A stretch of DNA of 64,000 bases. Source: Chrysomallon squamiferum. Taxonomy: Eukaryota > Animalia > Mollusca. A program made the position numbers and the translations under genes. Of this stretch, positions 11,016-36,209 are shown one piece after another. The DNA lies in NCBI GenBank assembly GCA_012295275.1, contig CM022676.1, forward strand, positions 16,988,001-17,052,000. Reading direction: 5' to 3'. Within the stretch, counting starts at the first letter, position 1. Each line of letters begins with the position of its first letter. The notes under the pieces are model-generated. The model did no database searches and was not told the DNA's origin. It saw only the letters and a program-made list of their open reading frames with translations.

Positions 11016-14000
11016 CTGCTTGACATTTCAGCCAACCTTCCGTACTGAAATTCGTGGTAATTTCGTCTGTGGAGATGTAACGAAGAGATATTTCACTTGA
11101 AGGAAGGAATCGAGCCCGAGATTTAACTATTTTTCTTGACGTTCTGGAGTAAAGGCATTTCCATCCATAGCGAACTTTTCAATTACTTCAGTAACATCAT
11201 TTGTATTGTCTGTGATTTTCAGTGACTCGTTGGCGTCGTCTGAAGCTGATTTTAGATCGATTAGCAGTTTCAGTCTTTTCGTTTCATTGTCTGCATCGAA
11301 TTCCTCCTGCTTCGTAAATATTCTTCTGTCCTTCGATATCCATGTCTTGAAACGATCCACGTCTTTATCATGTTCACTGATCCCCATCTTACGAAAATAT
11401 GTTTTACACGTACGACAGTTATTGTTAAGAGCCATAAGCTTCTCACTTTGTATTTCATAATAGTCTTTTCTTCCTGCTTTATTAATTGAAGCTTGATATA
11501 ATCTACGTCCAGTAAAGTTTGTGTGATGACGTCTCTATATCTTCCACTATGTCTAATGACCACGTTACAGCGCGGACAACGTTTCAACTGGATTGTGTTG
11601 GATTTCGACTCCATCAGCTCGTCGAGAGCTTGCACCTCAAAGATATGTCCGCAGTCTTCGAGCTGCACAAACAGAGAGTAAGTTCGTTTGTCAGCCTGTA
11701 AAGCTTTCACTTCATCTCTGTTGCAAACTCGACAAAGATCAGGACACTTTTCTCCTGCCAGACCAATGCATCTGTGCTGACACGACAGCTTCTTCATACA
11801 CCGCTTGTTGGAGCGTGGCATATTCCACACATCACAACATCGTCTACGAATGTTCCTTTCTTTGTACCTGATGACGCAGTTTTCACGGCACATTGTACGC
11901 GGGTCACCACATGACCTTTCACAGGACAGATGGACACAGCTGTTCTCACACGGCAGAGGACAAAGTGGACACGTAGAACAGTCACTGACACATTCGTGTC
12001 CACACAGCAGACGTTTCCTGCATTTCTCCTTGCAAGCAACGTGAAGTCGCCCTTGAACACATTCGTGACAACTACCACGACAAATATGACCACATTTCAA
12101 AACGGTGCTGCATTTTGCATTACAAATTGCATAGTCTCTTTCATGGCAAACCACTTCAATTTCATGACTACATTTAAAAACGGTGCTACACTTTACATTA
12201 CAAATTGCATTGTCTCTTTCATGGCAAACCACTTCAATTTCATGACCACATTTCAAAACGGTCATGCATTTTACATAAACAAGGGGTGATATATCGTTCG
12301 TGACAAACAACGTCAATTTAGTGCCCGCAGTACAAACCAATATGCTTTACTTGCTTCATGCACTTGATTGTACTTGGATCAGCAGAGCAAGACATTTTTT
12401 GTTTGTGTCCACACGCTGGTATCACCTTTGGTAACGGAACGACACAATTTTTGCAATCGTCAAAACAAAGAAGCGGACATTTATGTTGAAATTCACATAA
12501 AATTATTTCACACGGTTTCTGACATTTGTATTTGAGATGAAGTGGATCAGCTGGATGACACGGCAGTTCACACACGTGACCACAGTTCAGTCTGTACGTG
12601 CACCGCTTTCTGCAGCCTCCTTCAGGAACCAAACTGAAATCTTCTGCTTTCGCAGCTTTTATTCCTTCATCTTTTGACGTGATTTCGACAATAAAGACCA
12701 AGAGCATTTCCCAGCTGGTCTGTCGATTTCAAATCGTCAATAATGGTTTTCCATAATTTACTGTGTTGACCAAGCAGAGTAAAGTTTCCTATCACGTAAA
12801 GTCCCATTCTAGCTCTGGAAAGAGCTACACACACCCGGTTGTCTGTTTTCAGAAAGCCAATACTCCCCTCCAGATTGCTGCGTACCAAAGACAGCAGTAT
12901 GATGTCATTCTCCTCTCCTTGGTAATTGTCAACATCTGTGACAGTGACATCTTCAAATATTTCGTCTTTCATGTTCTTCTTCAGATAGACGACCTGAGCT
13001 GAATACGTAGTTAACACTGTGATTTCCTTTGGAGGATAGCCTTGTTTCAACAGGTAGCGACGGAGCGCTATCACATATTCCGCTTCAAACACGTTCATGT
13101 GACTCACGAGCTCGTCATTTCTTTCTTCATTTTCACAATGGTTTATGAAAATACATTACTACAAACGCCCAGGATATCCGAGTAATTTTCAACAGAAGGG
13201 TTATCTCTGAGATGAGGATAGATGTGTTTCATGATTCTGAAATACAGGGCCGCATTCTGTGCTGTTGCTCAAGACAAACACACTCCAAGCTGTTGTTAAC
13301 TATTCGTTCAAATAACGATAACTCCAGGGTATATCGTTTTTGCGAGTGCGTAATCAGTGGAATTAGCCGCAGCTGCTGATGGTCTCCGATCAGAATCAGA
13401 TGCTGAGCTGCTGAATTCAGTGATGCAATCACGTGGCCTTCCAGAACTTCTGCAGCTTCCTCGATGATTTTATTTCTTCTAAAACCTTCTGATAACGAGC
13501 AGTAGCACTCGTTGTCATTCCTACCACAGAACATCTTCTCATCACTCTCTGGTCCGCGTCCTGCTTCGTGGCGTTCTGTATGGTTCTCCAGCACCACTGA
13601 CTTCTTTCCTGCAGCTCTTCTATCTCTGACTCAGTTTGCTCTTTCAGATGTTGCACCCATAACCTGTAAAGACGCCACCGATTTCTGGGTGAGAGTGACC
13701 AGATATCTTCTACTGCGTCAGCTTTCTTTTGACATCCTCGACCGCGACATCATGTTTGTGATTAAGATAGAACTTTTTCTGTGTGAAATCTCTAAAAACC
13801 GTGTCGAAGTCAATGAGCAAAATGCCAGGTCGGTGGGCAAAGGTTTGTAGTGTTCTCTGTTGTCTGCTCGATTTAAACATGGCTCGTACTGATCATCCTG
13901 AAATTTTCTGAACTGCCCTCTTGAATTTGTGCACAGTTTTCCTCGAACAGGAATAAGTATGCCCAGCCATACGGATAGGAACCAGTCTCTAAAAAGGAGT

Positions 14001-14660
14001 ATGTAAGAGTTGGTCATAGTGTCTCTTTAACATGACCTATGAGATACAGATTTCACCATTCCGTTATTCATCAGTTCATGTTGTTGCTTTTTCTCAAGAA
14101 GACTTTTCTGATACCCAATATAATTTGTTTTCAACACGTCGCAATTTTTTCCGTTAATGGTATACTTTTTCGTAATTTCCTTTGATTTCATAACTTTAAC
14201 TTTTTCATTCTTACTTCTTTTACCAACACGAACGAGATTTGTTCTTTTAAACTCGAGGATTCCTTCAAGGAATTGGTCCAAGGTGATTTTATAACACAGA
14301 ACTAAAATGGATTTTCTCTGTTCCCTTCCCAGATGTCTCTGTTTCTTAATAAAGTTTCTATTATTTTTAGACCTATGTATGTTTTTTTCCTGTTCCTGGA
14401 GGTCCCTGAATGAGGACAAATTCCTTTGGTCAGGCTTGTTGAAACGCCTTTGAACTGAGCCGCCTCTGGCTGGTCCACTTGTTCAGATCCAGAACAGGGA
14501 CGTCATTGTGGCTCTCATCGTCATCGTTGCTGCTTCACTGAAACTGTCTGTATCTTTTACTTCTCCCCTGCTTGTCAGTGGTGTTGTGGACGAAATTTTC
14601 TTAATAGCATTGTTGTTTCAGCCTGATGTCTAGTCTTGCCCTGGAATTGATAGGACATTT
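11016..14660 (-). CDS. ZNFX1: NFX1-type zinc finger-containing protein 1-like SF1 (Upf1-like) RNA helicase; large exon, frameshifted in this assembly (gene or pseudogene), 5'-truncated at the contig end
   Basis: Motifs appear in order: LIQGPPGTGK(T)YIGLKI (~14360-14420), ILVLCY..LDQFLEGI, VVGMTT, IIEEAAEVLE..QHLILIGDHQQLR, SLFER, QHRMRP, VDNYQGEENDIILLSLVRSN, RVCVALSRAR. These are followed by NF-X1 Cys/His fingers (PEGGC..CGHVC..CH), FVQLEDCGHIFE..CPRC and GWLKCQAG|gtgag. Confidence 0.92.
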
Positions 14661-14689
14661 AGCAATACGTAACTGAACGAAGTACAACA
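14661..14689 (-). other. Oxford Nanopore ligation adapter remnant (artefact)
   Basis: AGCAATACGTAACTGAACGAAGTACA is the exact reverse complement of the ONT adapter core TGTACTTCGTTCAGTTACGTATTGCT, and it abuts the gap. Confidence 0.95.
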
Positions 14690-14889
14690 NNNNNNNNNNN
14701 NNNNNNNNNNNNNNNNNNNNNNNNNNNNNNNNNNNNNNNNNNNNNNNNNNNNNNNNNNNNNNNNNNNNNNNNNNNNNNNNNNNNNNNNNNNNNNNNNNNN
14801 NNNNNNNNNNNNNNNNNNNNNNNNNNNNNNNNNNNNNNNNNNNNNNNNNNNNNNNNNNNNNNNNNNNNNNNNNNNNNNNNNNNNNNNNN
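14690..14889. other. Scaffold gap, 200 N (others at 34076-34275 and 52071-52270)
   Basis: Three runs of exactly 200 N, so these are placeholder joins. Confidence 1.
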
Positions 14890-15228
14890 ATAGTAACATA
14901 TAAGTGTCTTGTTTATCTATTTTACTTTCTTATTATTACTAATAAAATGAGTTTAATTAGAATCATACTATACCCAGTTAGTCACAATTTTATTAGCCTG
15001 TAATTGTAGCACATATAATATTATACTAACCTACACTGTATATTACATATATAGTCTTAATGTAAACATAACACAAATGTCAATCCCACATTAAAAACAA
15101 ATGTCCCCAAAGACGTTCTTGTATGAAAAGAAAAAAATATATTTAACTAGCTGAGAATAATAAAAATTCAATAATGGTGAATAAGTGTTATATGTGTGTT
15201 CATATATATATGGATATCTGTGTGTATA

Positions 15229-15259
<31 letters not shown>

Positions 15260-15333
15260 TGTGTGTAAAGTGACATAATGGTAATAAAATAGGTTGTTTG
15301 ATGTTTTAAGTAAACACATTAAGAAAGAGATAT

Positions 15334-27166
<11,833 letters not shown>

Positions 27167-27299
27167 CTAAAATAAATTATAAGAGGTTTCATTTTAGGGT
27201 TCCATAAGAATGGTTTACATAAGAATCAGAGATACAACATAATAAAGTAATGCGGAATTAGATGGTTTTGATTAGTCTAACATCTGGAGATATCAAGCA

Positions 27300-27820
27300 A
27301 TAAAGTCTGAATGTCAGAAGTAAATGTGTGAACTGATTTGTTTTTTCACAACCTTTAATTGTAACGTTGATGTAAATTCCACACTGAAAGTCATGAAAGC
27401 ACTAATGATATTTTGAACAACACTTTTTCAGCCGACGAAATATCTAGTTTACAGTGATCAACCAGCCGGAGAAGACTTTATTATTGATGGATATATTAAT
27501 ATATACTGTTAATATTATGTTACCTTTACATGTTCTATTGTTTAACGTTACTCTTCAAACATCAACTATAACATCTAGTTGGTTAGTGGTAAATTATTTG
27601 AATCTGTACTAAGTTTTGAATTAAATAAGTACACAGATAAAACAAACCTGGTTTCACAAAAGCAAGCTGTATTTCGTAAATGTATTCCATAACAAACATT
27701 TACTTTCTTTATAGTATTTAATTATTTAAGTGAACAAATGCAAAAAAAAAAAAAAATATATTAATAAAAAAAAATAATAGTAATAATAACAACAGCAGCA
27801 GCAGCAGCAACAACAACAAC

Positions 27821-27866
<46 letters not shown>

Positions 27867-28370
27867 CAATCAATCAATAAATATATATATATTTGGCTTT
27901 TATAGATTCTGTGAAGGCTTTTGATATGTTTTGATTGAGTCAGCTGAACTGGATTACGGAATAAGTTAATTAGGTCTGTTATAAATATGAAATGTTTTAC
28001 TGTTTTAGTGAATATCAATTAAGATACTAATGCAAGAAATACAGCTGTAAATAAAGAGCAGTGTTCAAGCGAATGTTCATGTCTTATGTAAAATTAGAAC
28101 TCTGATGTTAAACTTGCTGTTAAAACTGGTTTAATATTGTAAGACAAAAGAGAAGATATTTGTAATCTGGACAAATATGTAGATGAATGGAATTATGTAT
28201 TTAAAAGCGATGATCCGAGAAACGGTCTACCAGATAAATCCAAATATATTTTTAAACAATAATTTGTTTAATATGAAAAATACGTTTACACGTTTATGTC
28301 GAAATACCGTTTATGTAACTTGTCGTCTGAAACTGAAACGTATTTTCAGACGAAAGCGAGAGAGCTATTT
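27300..28370 (+). mobile_element. Internally deleted LINE RT fragment
   Basis: Reverse-complement match to parts of 37980-40200 (e.g. AFIDSVKAFDMF, FSADEIS). Confidence 0.6.
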
Positions 28371-28454
28371 AAATAAAAAAATAAAAAAAATAAATAAAAA
28401 TAAATAAATAATAATAATAATAGTAATGATAATAAATAAATACAAGAAAAAAAA

Positions 28455-28517
<63 letters not shown>

Positions 28518-29579
28518 ACAAACAAATAAATGAATAACTAGAAAGATGACGAGTATGATGAAAATAGTAATTAATAAATAAAAGCTGAAAGAAAGATAAA
28601 ACTCTTGTTAATTATAAAACTCCGACTTTAACTAAAATTTAAATATATAACATTGCAAATCATTATATGTTCTACTGCTATAACTTGATATTTTTTTCGT
28701 ACATTCTGGTTCTATAGTTATATTTTGTGTGTTTATGTGTTAAAGATATTTATCTACTGATATATTACAGTTATATCTTAATTGAAAGTGTTGCTCTCAC
28801 CTACATAGTTCATCATACAGTGACGAAAATGTTCAGTTAGTGTCTTGTTTATTTATTTTATTTTCTTATTATTACTAATAAAGTGAGGTTATTTCTTCCT
28901 AATTTCACTCTTTGCTACCTTAAAATCGATATAGTATTGTACATAAAATACACTTAATTTGTTTTTTTAAATGATGTCATAGATTATTATGTAGACAAAT
29001 ATGGCATGCAGGTGTCTGTGCAATGTATAACTGATTATACTAAATTAATGGAATAACATTATATAGACTGGTTTAGACCAGTAATTTAATTGACGTACTA
29101 GTTCGGATGTAAGTCAGTGTTTAGTTGATTTCTTTGACGTCCGCTAAGTAACGTAATATTTAAATACCACCGACTTGAAGACGATAGCCTTGCGATAGAT
29201 ATAAATAGTGGAGTAAACCTTGTGAATTTGACTGTTGTGGAAATGCTTAGGACATATTGCTGCTAAAGGCAAGTTAATGTGACAAATGCGATTACACAAC
29301 TGTTGTTATAAATAACGAAAAGAAATATGTTATAATGTTCATGACTGAGTATTATTTTGATTGTATTTTGTTATGACAACAAATAATAAGACTCTAAACG
29401 TATTTTCGTCTGTTTTGTGTTATGTGGCTAATAATTAAGTGACATTTTAAATATTCTTGCTCTGGGCTCTAGTATCACATGGATATTACAAATTATTGTC
29501 ACCAGTTAGATAACATGTCAAAAATCTAACTTATTTGTTTGTACAAAACATAAATGTCATACGCTGTTTCTACCAGAAA

Positions 29580-29960
29580 CAAATTAATCAGAAATTTACT
29601 TGATATACTTTAATCAGAATCTTACTAGGCATAGTTTAATAACAGTTTTACTAGACATATATTATTCACAATTTTACTAAACAAAGACTAATTAGAATTT
29701 TACTGGACAAAATGTAATCACAATGAAATAGCCACAGATCTTTACAATTTACTAGACAGATTAATAACAATTTCACTAGATGTAGTTCATTCTCAATTTT
29801 AATGGACATAGAGTAACTAGAATTTTACTAAACACAGTTAATTCACAATTTCACAAGACATAGAGTAAGTAGCAGTTTAGTACACAGAGGTTAATCACAA
29901 ATTTAATATATAAAGATTAATTAGAATATGAAACCAAACATAGTGTAATCACAATTTTAC
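29580..29960. repeat. Degenerate ~28-bp minisatellite in the 3' flank of B receptors (also ~36560-36950, 51580-51960, 55840-56250)
   Basis: Repeated AATTTTACTAGACATAG(A/T)TTAATCAC-like units. Confidence 0.7.
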
Positions 29961-31082
29961 AGATTTCTCGCAATTATATGCTGTACAGTATCAGTTAATT
30001 GAAAGAAAAACACTGTAATTTTAGAATACAAAATACTACACAAACATGCACTGTATATTACATTGTCGTGAAGTAAACACAATACAAGTAATAAACCACA
30101 TTTAAAACGAATTTCTCTAACTACGTTTTTGTATGAAAAGCAAAAGCCTTCTTACAATTAAGAGTAAAATGATTTATCTATCTCTCTATCTAACTATCTA
30201 TCTATCCCTCTCTCTCTATATATTTATATATATATATATTAGTAATAATATAATAGGAAATAAACTTTGAAGTTAATTAAAAAGAAATTACCGAACAATG
30301 TAATTGTGGACTGTTGGATGATAACATAAAATACACAAAATAGAGAGCATATATAGATATCACACAGACAGACATCGTACACAGACACACAAATAATACA
30401 CTTACTCTTTGCTAGAAAGATAGGAACATTAACAGATAAATTTGACATGACGTTTATAGATTCTGGATTCAACTACAAGTCAGACGAGTTATCTAAATAG
30501 AAAACCACGATCTAGCTAGTGATGGATCTCTTCGTTCTTTCTCTTAAAGGGAACTCGGTGCTCAAACTTCGAGTTTCAAAGTAGCAAACATCATATCATA
30601 AAGAATTCCTATTAGTAGATCACCAATAGAGAATATGGTTATCACGGAATCTAGTGTAACACATTTTTGATCTGTCAGCCTTTTTCTCACATCAGAGACA
30701 AATGTATTAATGAATCAGTACATTTAAGATGCCTTGAAAACAGTGCAAAATTTCGTTAACACAACTGACCACGGCGGCCTAGTATTCCCTTGACCAGAGA
30801 TATGTCATCTCACCCTTGATCATCATCAGACATCAATCGGGAACTGCTTACATTTAGAGATTCACCGATCATTGAACCTCTGAATTGTGGACGTTATAAT
30901 GTGTTTTACATTGAAACAGCATAGGATGTTTTATCAGGAGAATGTTAACCTTTCATTTGCATAATAAATATACTCGTGTAAGGACTGAAATGTGTAATCA
31001 CTGCTGTGAAAGAGGACATACATGCATCCACACAGGTACCAAACAATTTAAACTGTATTCACCTGTAGTCATTTAACATTAC

Positions 31083-31257
31083 CTTTTTTCATACTCATGT
31101 TTGTCTTTTCCATTTCCTGAAAAACAAGATTTAAGTAAAAATGGCAGGTGTAAACTAAAAACAAATAATACAAAAAATTTGAATTCTAATTTATTGCTAG
31201 TAAAGTTCCTAAAAGTAAAAATGGTTTCCACAAAAGCATAATACAGATGAAGTCATC

Positions 31258-31328
<71 letters not shown>

Positions 31329-31457
31329 GTAATAGTAATAATAATAATAATAAATAAGATGAAAATCATAATGATGAAATTACATATAAATATTATAATT
31401 TCTGTTCTTAAAAAAAATATTTCTTTTTTCTTTCAAATTGTATTATTGATACCCATT

Positions 31458-31549
<92 letters not shown>

Positions 31550-33575
31550 CACACACACACACACACACACACATACATGTACATAAGCACAACCACATGT
31601 ACACACAGAGGAAAATACACTCAAATGCACGTTCGGACATTACAAATAACACAGCAAAGAAACAAAAGTATGAACCTTTTTTCAGTCTACGACATATGAA
31701 AATAATTCCAATAACAAGAAGAGTTAAGACAAGTGTCCCTGATCCAGATCCAACAGCCGCTGCTATCACATTTTCATTGCATACCTCATCTGAAATAATA
31801 CTTTTTAAACTGAATACAGATATACTATAAAACAAAAGTATTAGAATTTGAGACGTGTACACTGTAAGAAAATACAGACTAAATACAGAGTAAATACACA
31901 GAAATGAAGCTGACAAAATATGATAGAAAAAAGGAAGGAACAAAAATAAAGGAGCGATAAAAGTGGTGCAAGGTTTAACATTTGTGTGAGTCGCCTTATT
32001 TCGTCATGGTTAATGTCTGCAACCAGGTAATTCACAATACATCACTTTTGTACAGAGTTCCTATGTATGCTGTTCTCGGTGCGGTGGCTGGGGTTAAAAG
32101 GTTGATTCAGTGTATTTTGTACAAGTATATCAAACGTGTTTCCTTGTCATGTCTCACTGGAGGTTACGCGCAACAGTCCCTTGTTCGAGTTGGTGACTGG
32201 TGAATTATATAGAACCAAATAGAGGTTCAAAACAAACCAAAAAACAGTTTTTGACTGGACCCTTAAAAAGTCGACATCGAACTTTCTGATTCACTATCGT
32301 CTAACAGTAAGAATCCGTGAACAAAATGTAATAATAATTAAAAAAAGCTACATGACTGCACCTTCCACTATTCTTCCTTATCAGTTTTACAATCCAGAAG
32401 AGAATTGTTGGACAAGCTGGATGTCCGAAGACGGTAAAAACAAATGAGGAACGTATTTTATGAGTCGAATGTTTGACTTAAAAACATGTCAAATGCTTTC
32501 TAAAAGCAAATGTTCTGTGTAACGAGAACATCACATTCAAAGAGAATTCTTCCCTTAATTCTACCAAGGGAGTGATAAAATCTCGAGAGTTGTCTGAACT
32601 TGATAATAACGAAGTCCTTTATAATTTGTCTCCTTAAGATGTAATATCAGTGAAGAGATTTAACATTCGATAGAACAACGAACTCATTCCAATGAATACA
32701 CTGATATCAGGTCAGTGTATCTCAGTGACTTGTTCAACTCTACATTCCGAATAGGACATTTGTCCTCTGTCGCCAGTTAAACTACGAAACCAAAGCATAC
32801 AAAAATAAAACAAAGTAAACATAATAACGTGAATGTGCTACATGGAAAGTTGAGAAAATGGATCAGCTGAGCCTCAGACATGGATGCAACATATTTGAAT
32901 CTTCCAGAGAAAAAAAAAAAGAAAAAAAGAAACACAAAACAACAGCAAGAACATCCAAACAGAAGGAAAAATCGAAAATAACAGCCGTATTTTCATCTAA
33001 TGAATAATTCAGTCACTGAGTGGAATTTCTTTGATGATTTGAGTCTTAAGTTTGTTAAAATGAGTTATTTTACACTGTGTAAACGGCTGCCAACATAAAA
33101 TAAAAAATAAGTTTCCAGTTAGGAAAAAAAGACATGCAACTGTTTCCAGTCTAACAGTGAAAGCAAATAAAATAATATGATGCACAGCTGTACTAAGTTA
33201 CATTTTACCTCATTATTAATATGTGTACCTGCTGTCAAAATATCTCTCTCATCTGTGAAACCTTTATCTCCGTATTTGTTGTAAGCCAGATTAATAGACA
33301 AATGCAAAGTAAAACCTTCAGAAACAACTGTGTAATAATTGACAATGTCTTTTCAAGTAGATCAGTTTGAAACTACAACTTGATATATTCCAAAGTCTCT
33401 GATTTGAATGTGTGTTAAATTGTAAAACCCCAAAGCAGACTTTTCCTTTGTAATCGATGTACCGTGTCCAAGTCTATGAGTAATAACATCTGTTAATTTG
33501 TACCATGTAAATGTAGGGGCTGGATTCACAATTACGTAAACTTTCAGAGTTATGCTGGTACCCAGTGAGGTCTGT
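31083..33575 (-). pseudogene. Ig/FN3 receptor copy B1 (degenerate)
   Basis: Ig-like exon ~33315-33575 with stops, FN3 remnant (LAYNKYGDKGFTDERDILTAG), TM exon 31676-31789 and micro-exon 31083-31116. The last two tail exons are deleted. Confidence 0.75.
31980..33100 (+). mobile_element. I/Jockey-group LINE 5' fragment (ORF1 gag-like plus start of the endonuclease), antisense in a receptor intron; copies ~48450-49565 (-) and 59560-60770 (+)
   Basis: NSTKGVIKSRELSELDNNEVLYNLSP*DVISVKRFNIR*NNELIPMNTL matches the I-element ORF1 pattern. MNNSV.EWNC.G in the 60640-60700 copy resembles the APE N-terminal QWNCRG. Confidence 0.65.
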
Positions 33576-35104
33576 ATTTATTATATTCATGTGTGTCTAT
33601 GTGTTTGTCTGCGTGTCTGTGTATATGTATGCCTCTGTGTGTGTATTAGTTTTGAACTTTAATAACATTTCTAAAGGCACATTTTTAAAATCATGATAAT
33701 TACACAATTCACTTAATTATCATTGTTATTATTATTATTTTCTTTTTGATATAGTTGATTTCAAACCTTAATACCAACAATCATGTTTATTTTTGTTTTT
33801 AATTGAAAGGTTAACTTATAATTAATTCACTAATCGCTTCCATTTAGTGCTGACTGTCTAGATTTACAGATACCACAGATGATCCGACCTGAACATGTTA
33901 ACTAATAATTAATACAATTAGTTCGTTGTTTTTTTCTGAACGCAGAAAACACTAGTTGACAGTTGTGTATTGAACAATGTGCAGGTGGTTGAAGTGTTTA
34001 ACTTGTAAAACTGACAAATACAATTTATTTCGGTAACGTAATTTAGAGAAAAATTCCAAAGTATAATTTTGGTAGNNNNNNNNNNNNNNNNNNNNNNNNN
34101 NNNNNNNNNNNNNNNNNNNNNNNNNNNNNNNNNNNNNNNNNNNNNNNNNNNNNNNNNNNNNNNNNNNNNNNNNNNNNNNNNNNNNNNNNNNNNNNNNNNN
34201 NNNNNNNNNNNNNNNNNNNNNNNNNNNNNNNNNNNNNNNNNNNNNNNNNNNNNNNNNNNNNNNNNNNNNNNNNNNAATTGTTTGGTACCTGTGTGGATGC
34301 ATATATGTCCTCCTTCACAGCAGTGATTACACATTTCAGTCCTTACACGAGTATATTTATTACGCAAATGAAAGGTTAACACTCTCCTGATAAAACATCC
34401 TATCCTGTTTTAATGTAGATGACATTCTAACGTCCACAGTTCAGAGGTTCAATGATCGATGAATCTTTAAATGTAAGCAGTTCTCGATTGGTGTCTGAAA
34501 TATTTCTCTTGTTTGTTAACGATCAAGGGTGAGATGACATATCTCTGGTCAAGGGAACACTAGGCCGTCGTGGTCAGTTGTGTTAACGAAAATTTGCACT
34601 GTTTTCAAGGTATCTTAAATGTACTGATTCATTAATACATCTTTCCCCGAAGTGAGAAAAAGACTGACATATCCAAAATGTGTTACACTAGATTCCGTGA
34701 TAACTATATTCTATAATGGTGATCTACTAACATGGAATCGTTATGATATGATGTTTGCTACTTTCAAACTCAAAGTTTGAGCACCGAGTTACCTTTAAGA
34801 GAGAGACCGAATACATCCATCACTAGCTAGATCCTGGTTTTCTATTTAGATAACTCGTCTGACTTGTAGTTGAATCCAGTATCTATAAACGTCACTTTCA
34901 AATTTCTCTGTTAAGTTTTCCTATCTTTCTACCAAAGAGTAAGTGTATTCTTTGTATGTTAAGATGTCTGTCTGTATGATATGTATATATGCTCTCTATT
35001 TTGTGTATTTTATGTTATCATCTAACAATCCACAATTACATTGTTCGGTAATTTCTTTTTAATTAACTTCGAAGTTTATTTCCTATTATATTATTACTAA
35101 TATA

Positions 35105-35140
<36 letters not shown>

Positions 35141-35275
35141 CATACATAGATAGATTGATAGATAGTTAGATAGATAAATCATTTGACTCTAAATTATAAG
35201 AAGGCTTTATATAAATTTTGTTATTAAAATTAAAAAAAGAATTCACATAGACATTTTGTCTGTTTCAAATCACAG

Positions 35276-36025
35276 AACTGATTCAGAACCGCAGTCTCCA
35301 ACATACGAAAATCTTCCTTCTGAACCGGGTAGGTGCAAACTTTTCCTAATAGCTATTTGAATACGCCTTACTTTATTAAAAACAGTTTTCTCTTCTGAAA
35401 GTTCAGTATATACTAAGACTCCTAGCAAGGCAATCAGGAAAAAATGATGGAAGGTACACAAGGAAGTAAAAAATGATCAAGTAAAGAAGGGGCCTGAAAT
35501 AGAAGACTGAACAAATATTATGAAATAGTAATGACATAAAATGTTGTCGTTTATATATTGGGCTAAGAACGTCTAAGGCTATTTTTTATTACATGATTAA
35601 TTAGTAGAACTAATTTGTATTATCTCTTCAGATATGTTAGTGTTAAATTTAGCATCTTTCTATGATAAATACAGATTGTTGTAAATTAATATTTTGCAGT
35701 GTGATATGTTTTATCAGCGCCATAGATTAGTATTTGTCTTTCAAGTTGTAAATAGCAACCTAGTGATGCTACTCTGTCACTTTTCATATTTTGTCTTTTT
35801 AATTATCTGAACATTTTATTAGTTATGGTTTATCAATGCGGTTTTCTTTGACTATTTCTTCTACATTTATGTACTAATGTGTGCATGATTGTATCTGAAA
35901 CGTAACATACATGTTTATACATGTCTTAGTATTTCTGTGTAGGTAACAACGTAGAACGAAGTGGGTCATCTGAACAGCATCCGTATGAAGTATTTGGAGT
36001 CGATGATAACGGACCAAAATATTAA
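35276..36025 (+). CDS. Receptor copy B2, last two cytoplasmic exons
   Basis: 35276-35328 TDSEPQSPTYENLPSEP; 35943-36025 GNNVERSGSSEQHPYEVFGVDDNGPKY*. Canonical splice sites; upstream exons are lost in the gap. Confidence 0.75.
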
Positions 36026-36171
36026 AATATCTCTCTATAAATCTGTTTACTTAAAACTTCGAAACAATTTATTTTATTAATTTTCCTGTACATATACACA
36101 TACTTACACATGCATACGTACAAGCACACACACACATACATACATACATACATACATACACATATATGTGT

Positions 36172-36209
<38 letters not shown>

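Larger units (their letters stand above)
29503..34075 (-). repeat. Inverted near-identical copy of 47472-52033
   Basis: Paired ORFs are near-identical (31443..31943 vs 49601..49993; 33119..33307 vs 48240..48428). Each copy ends at a contig end. Confidence 0.95.

Noticed and set aside
31359-31943. ERERER/SLSLSL, poly-N and poly-I ORFs (also 18483, 20010, 25103, 49914, 58880)
   Set aside because: Microsatellite translations; only the embedded TM exon is real.
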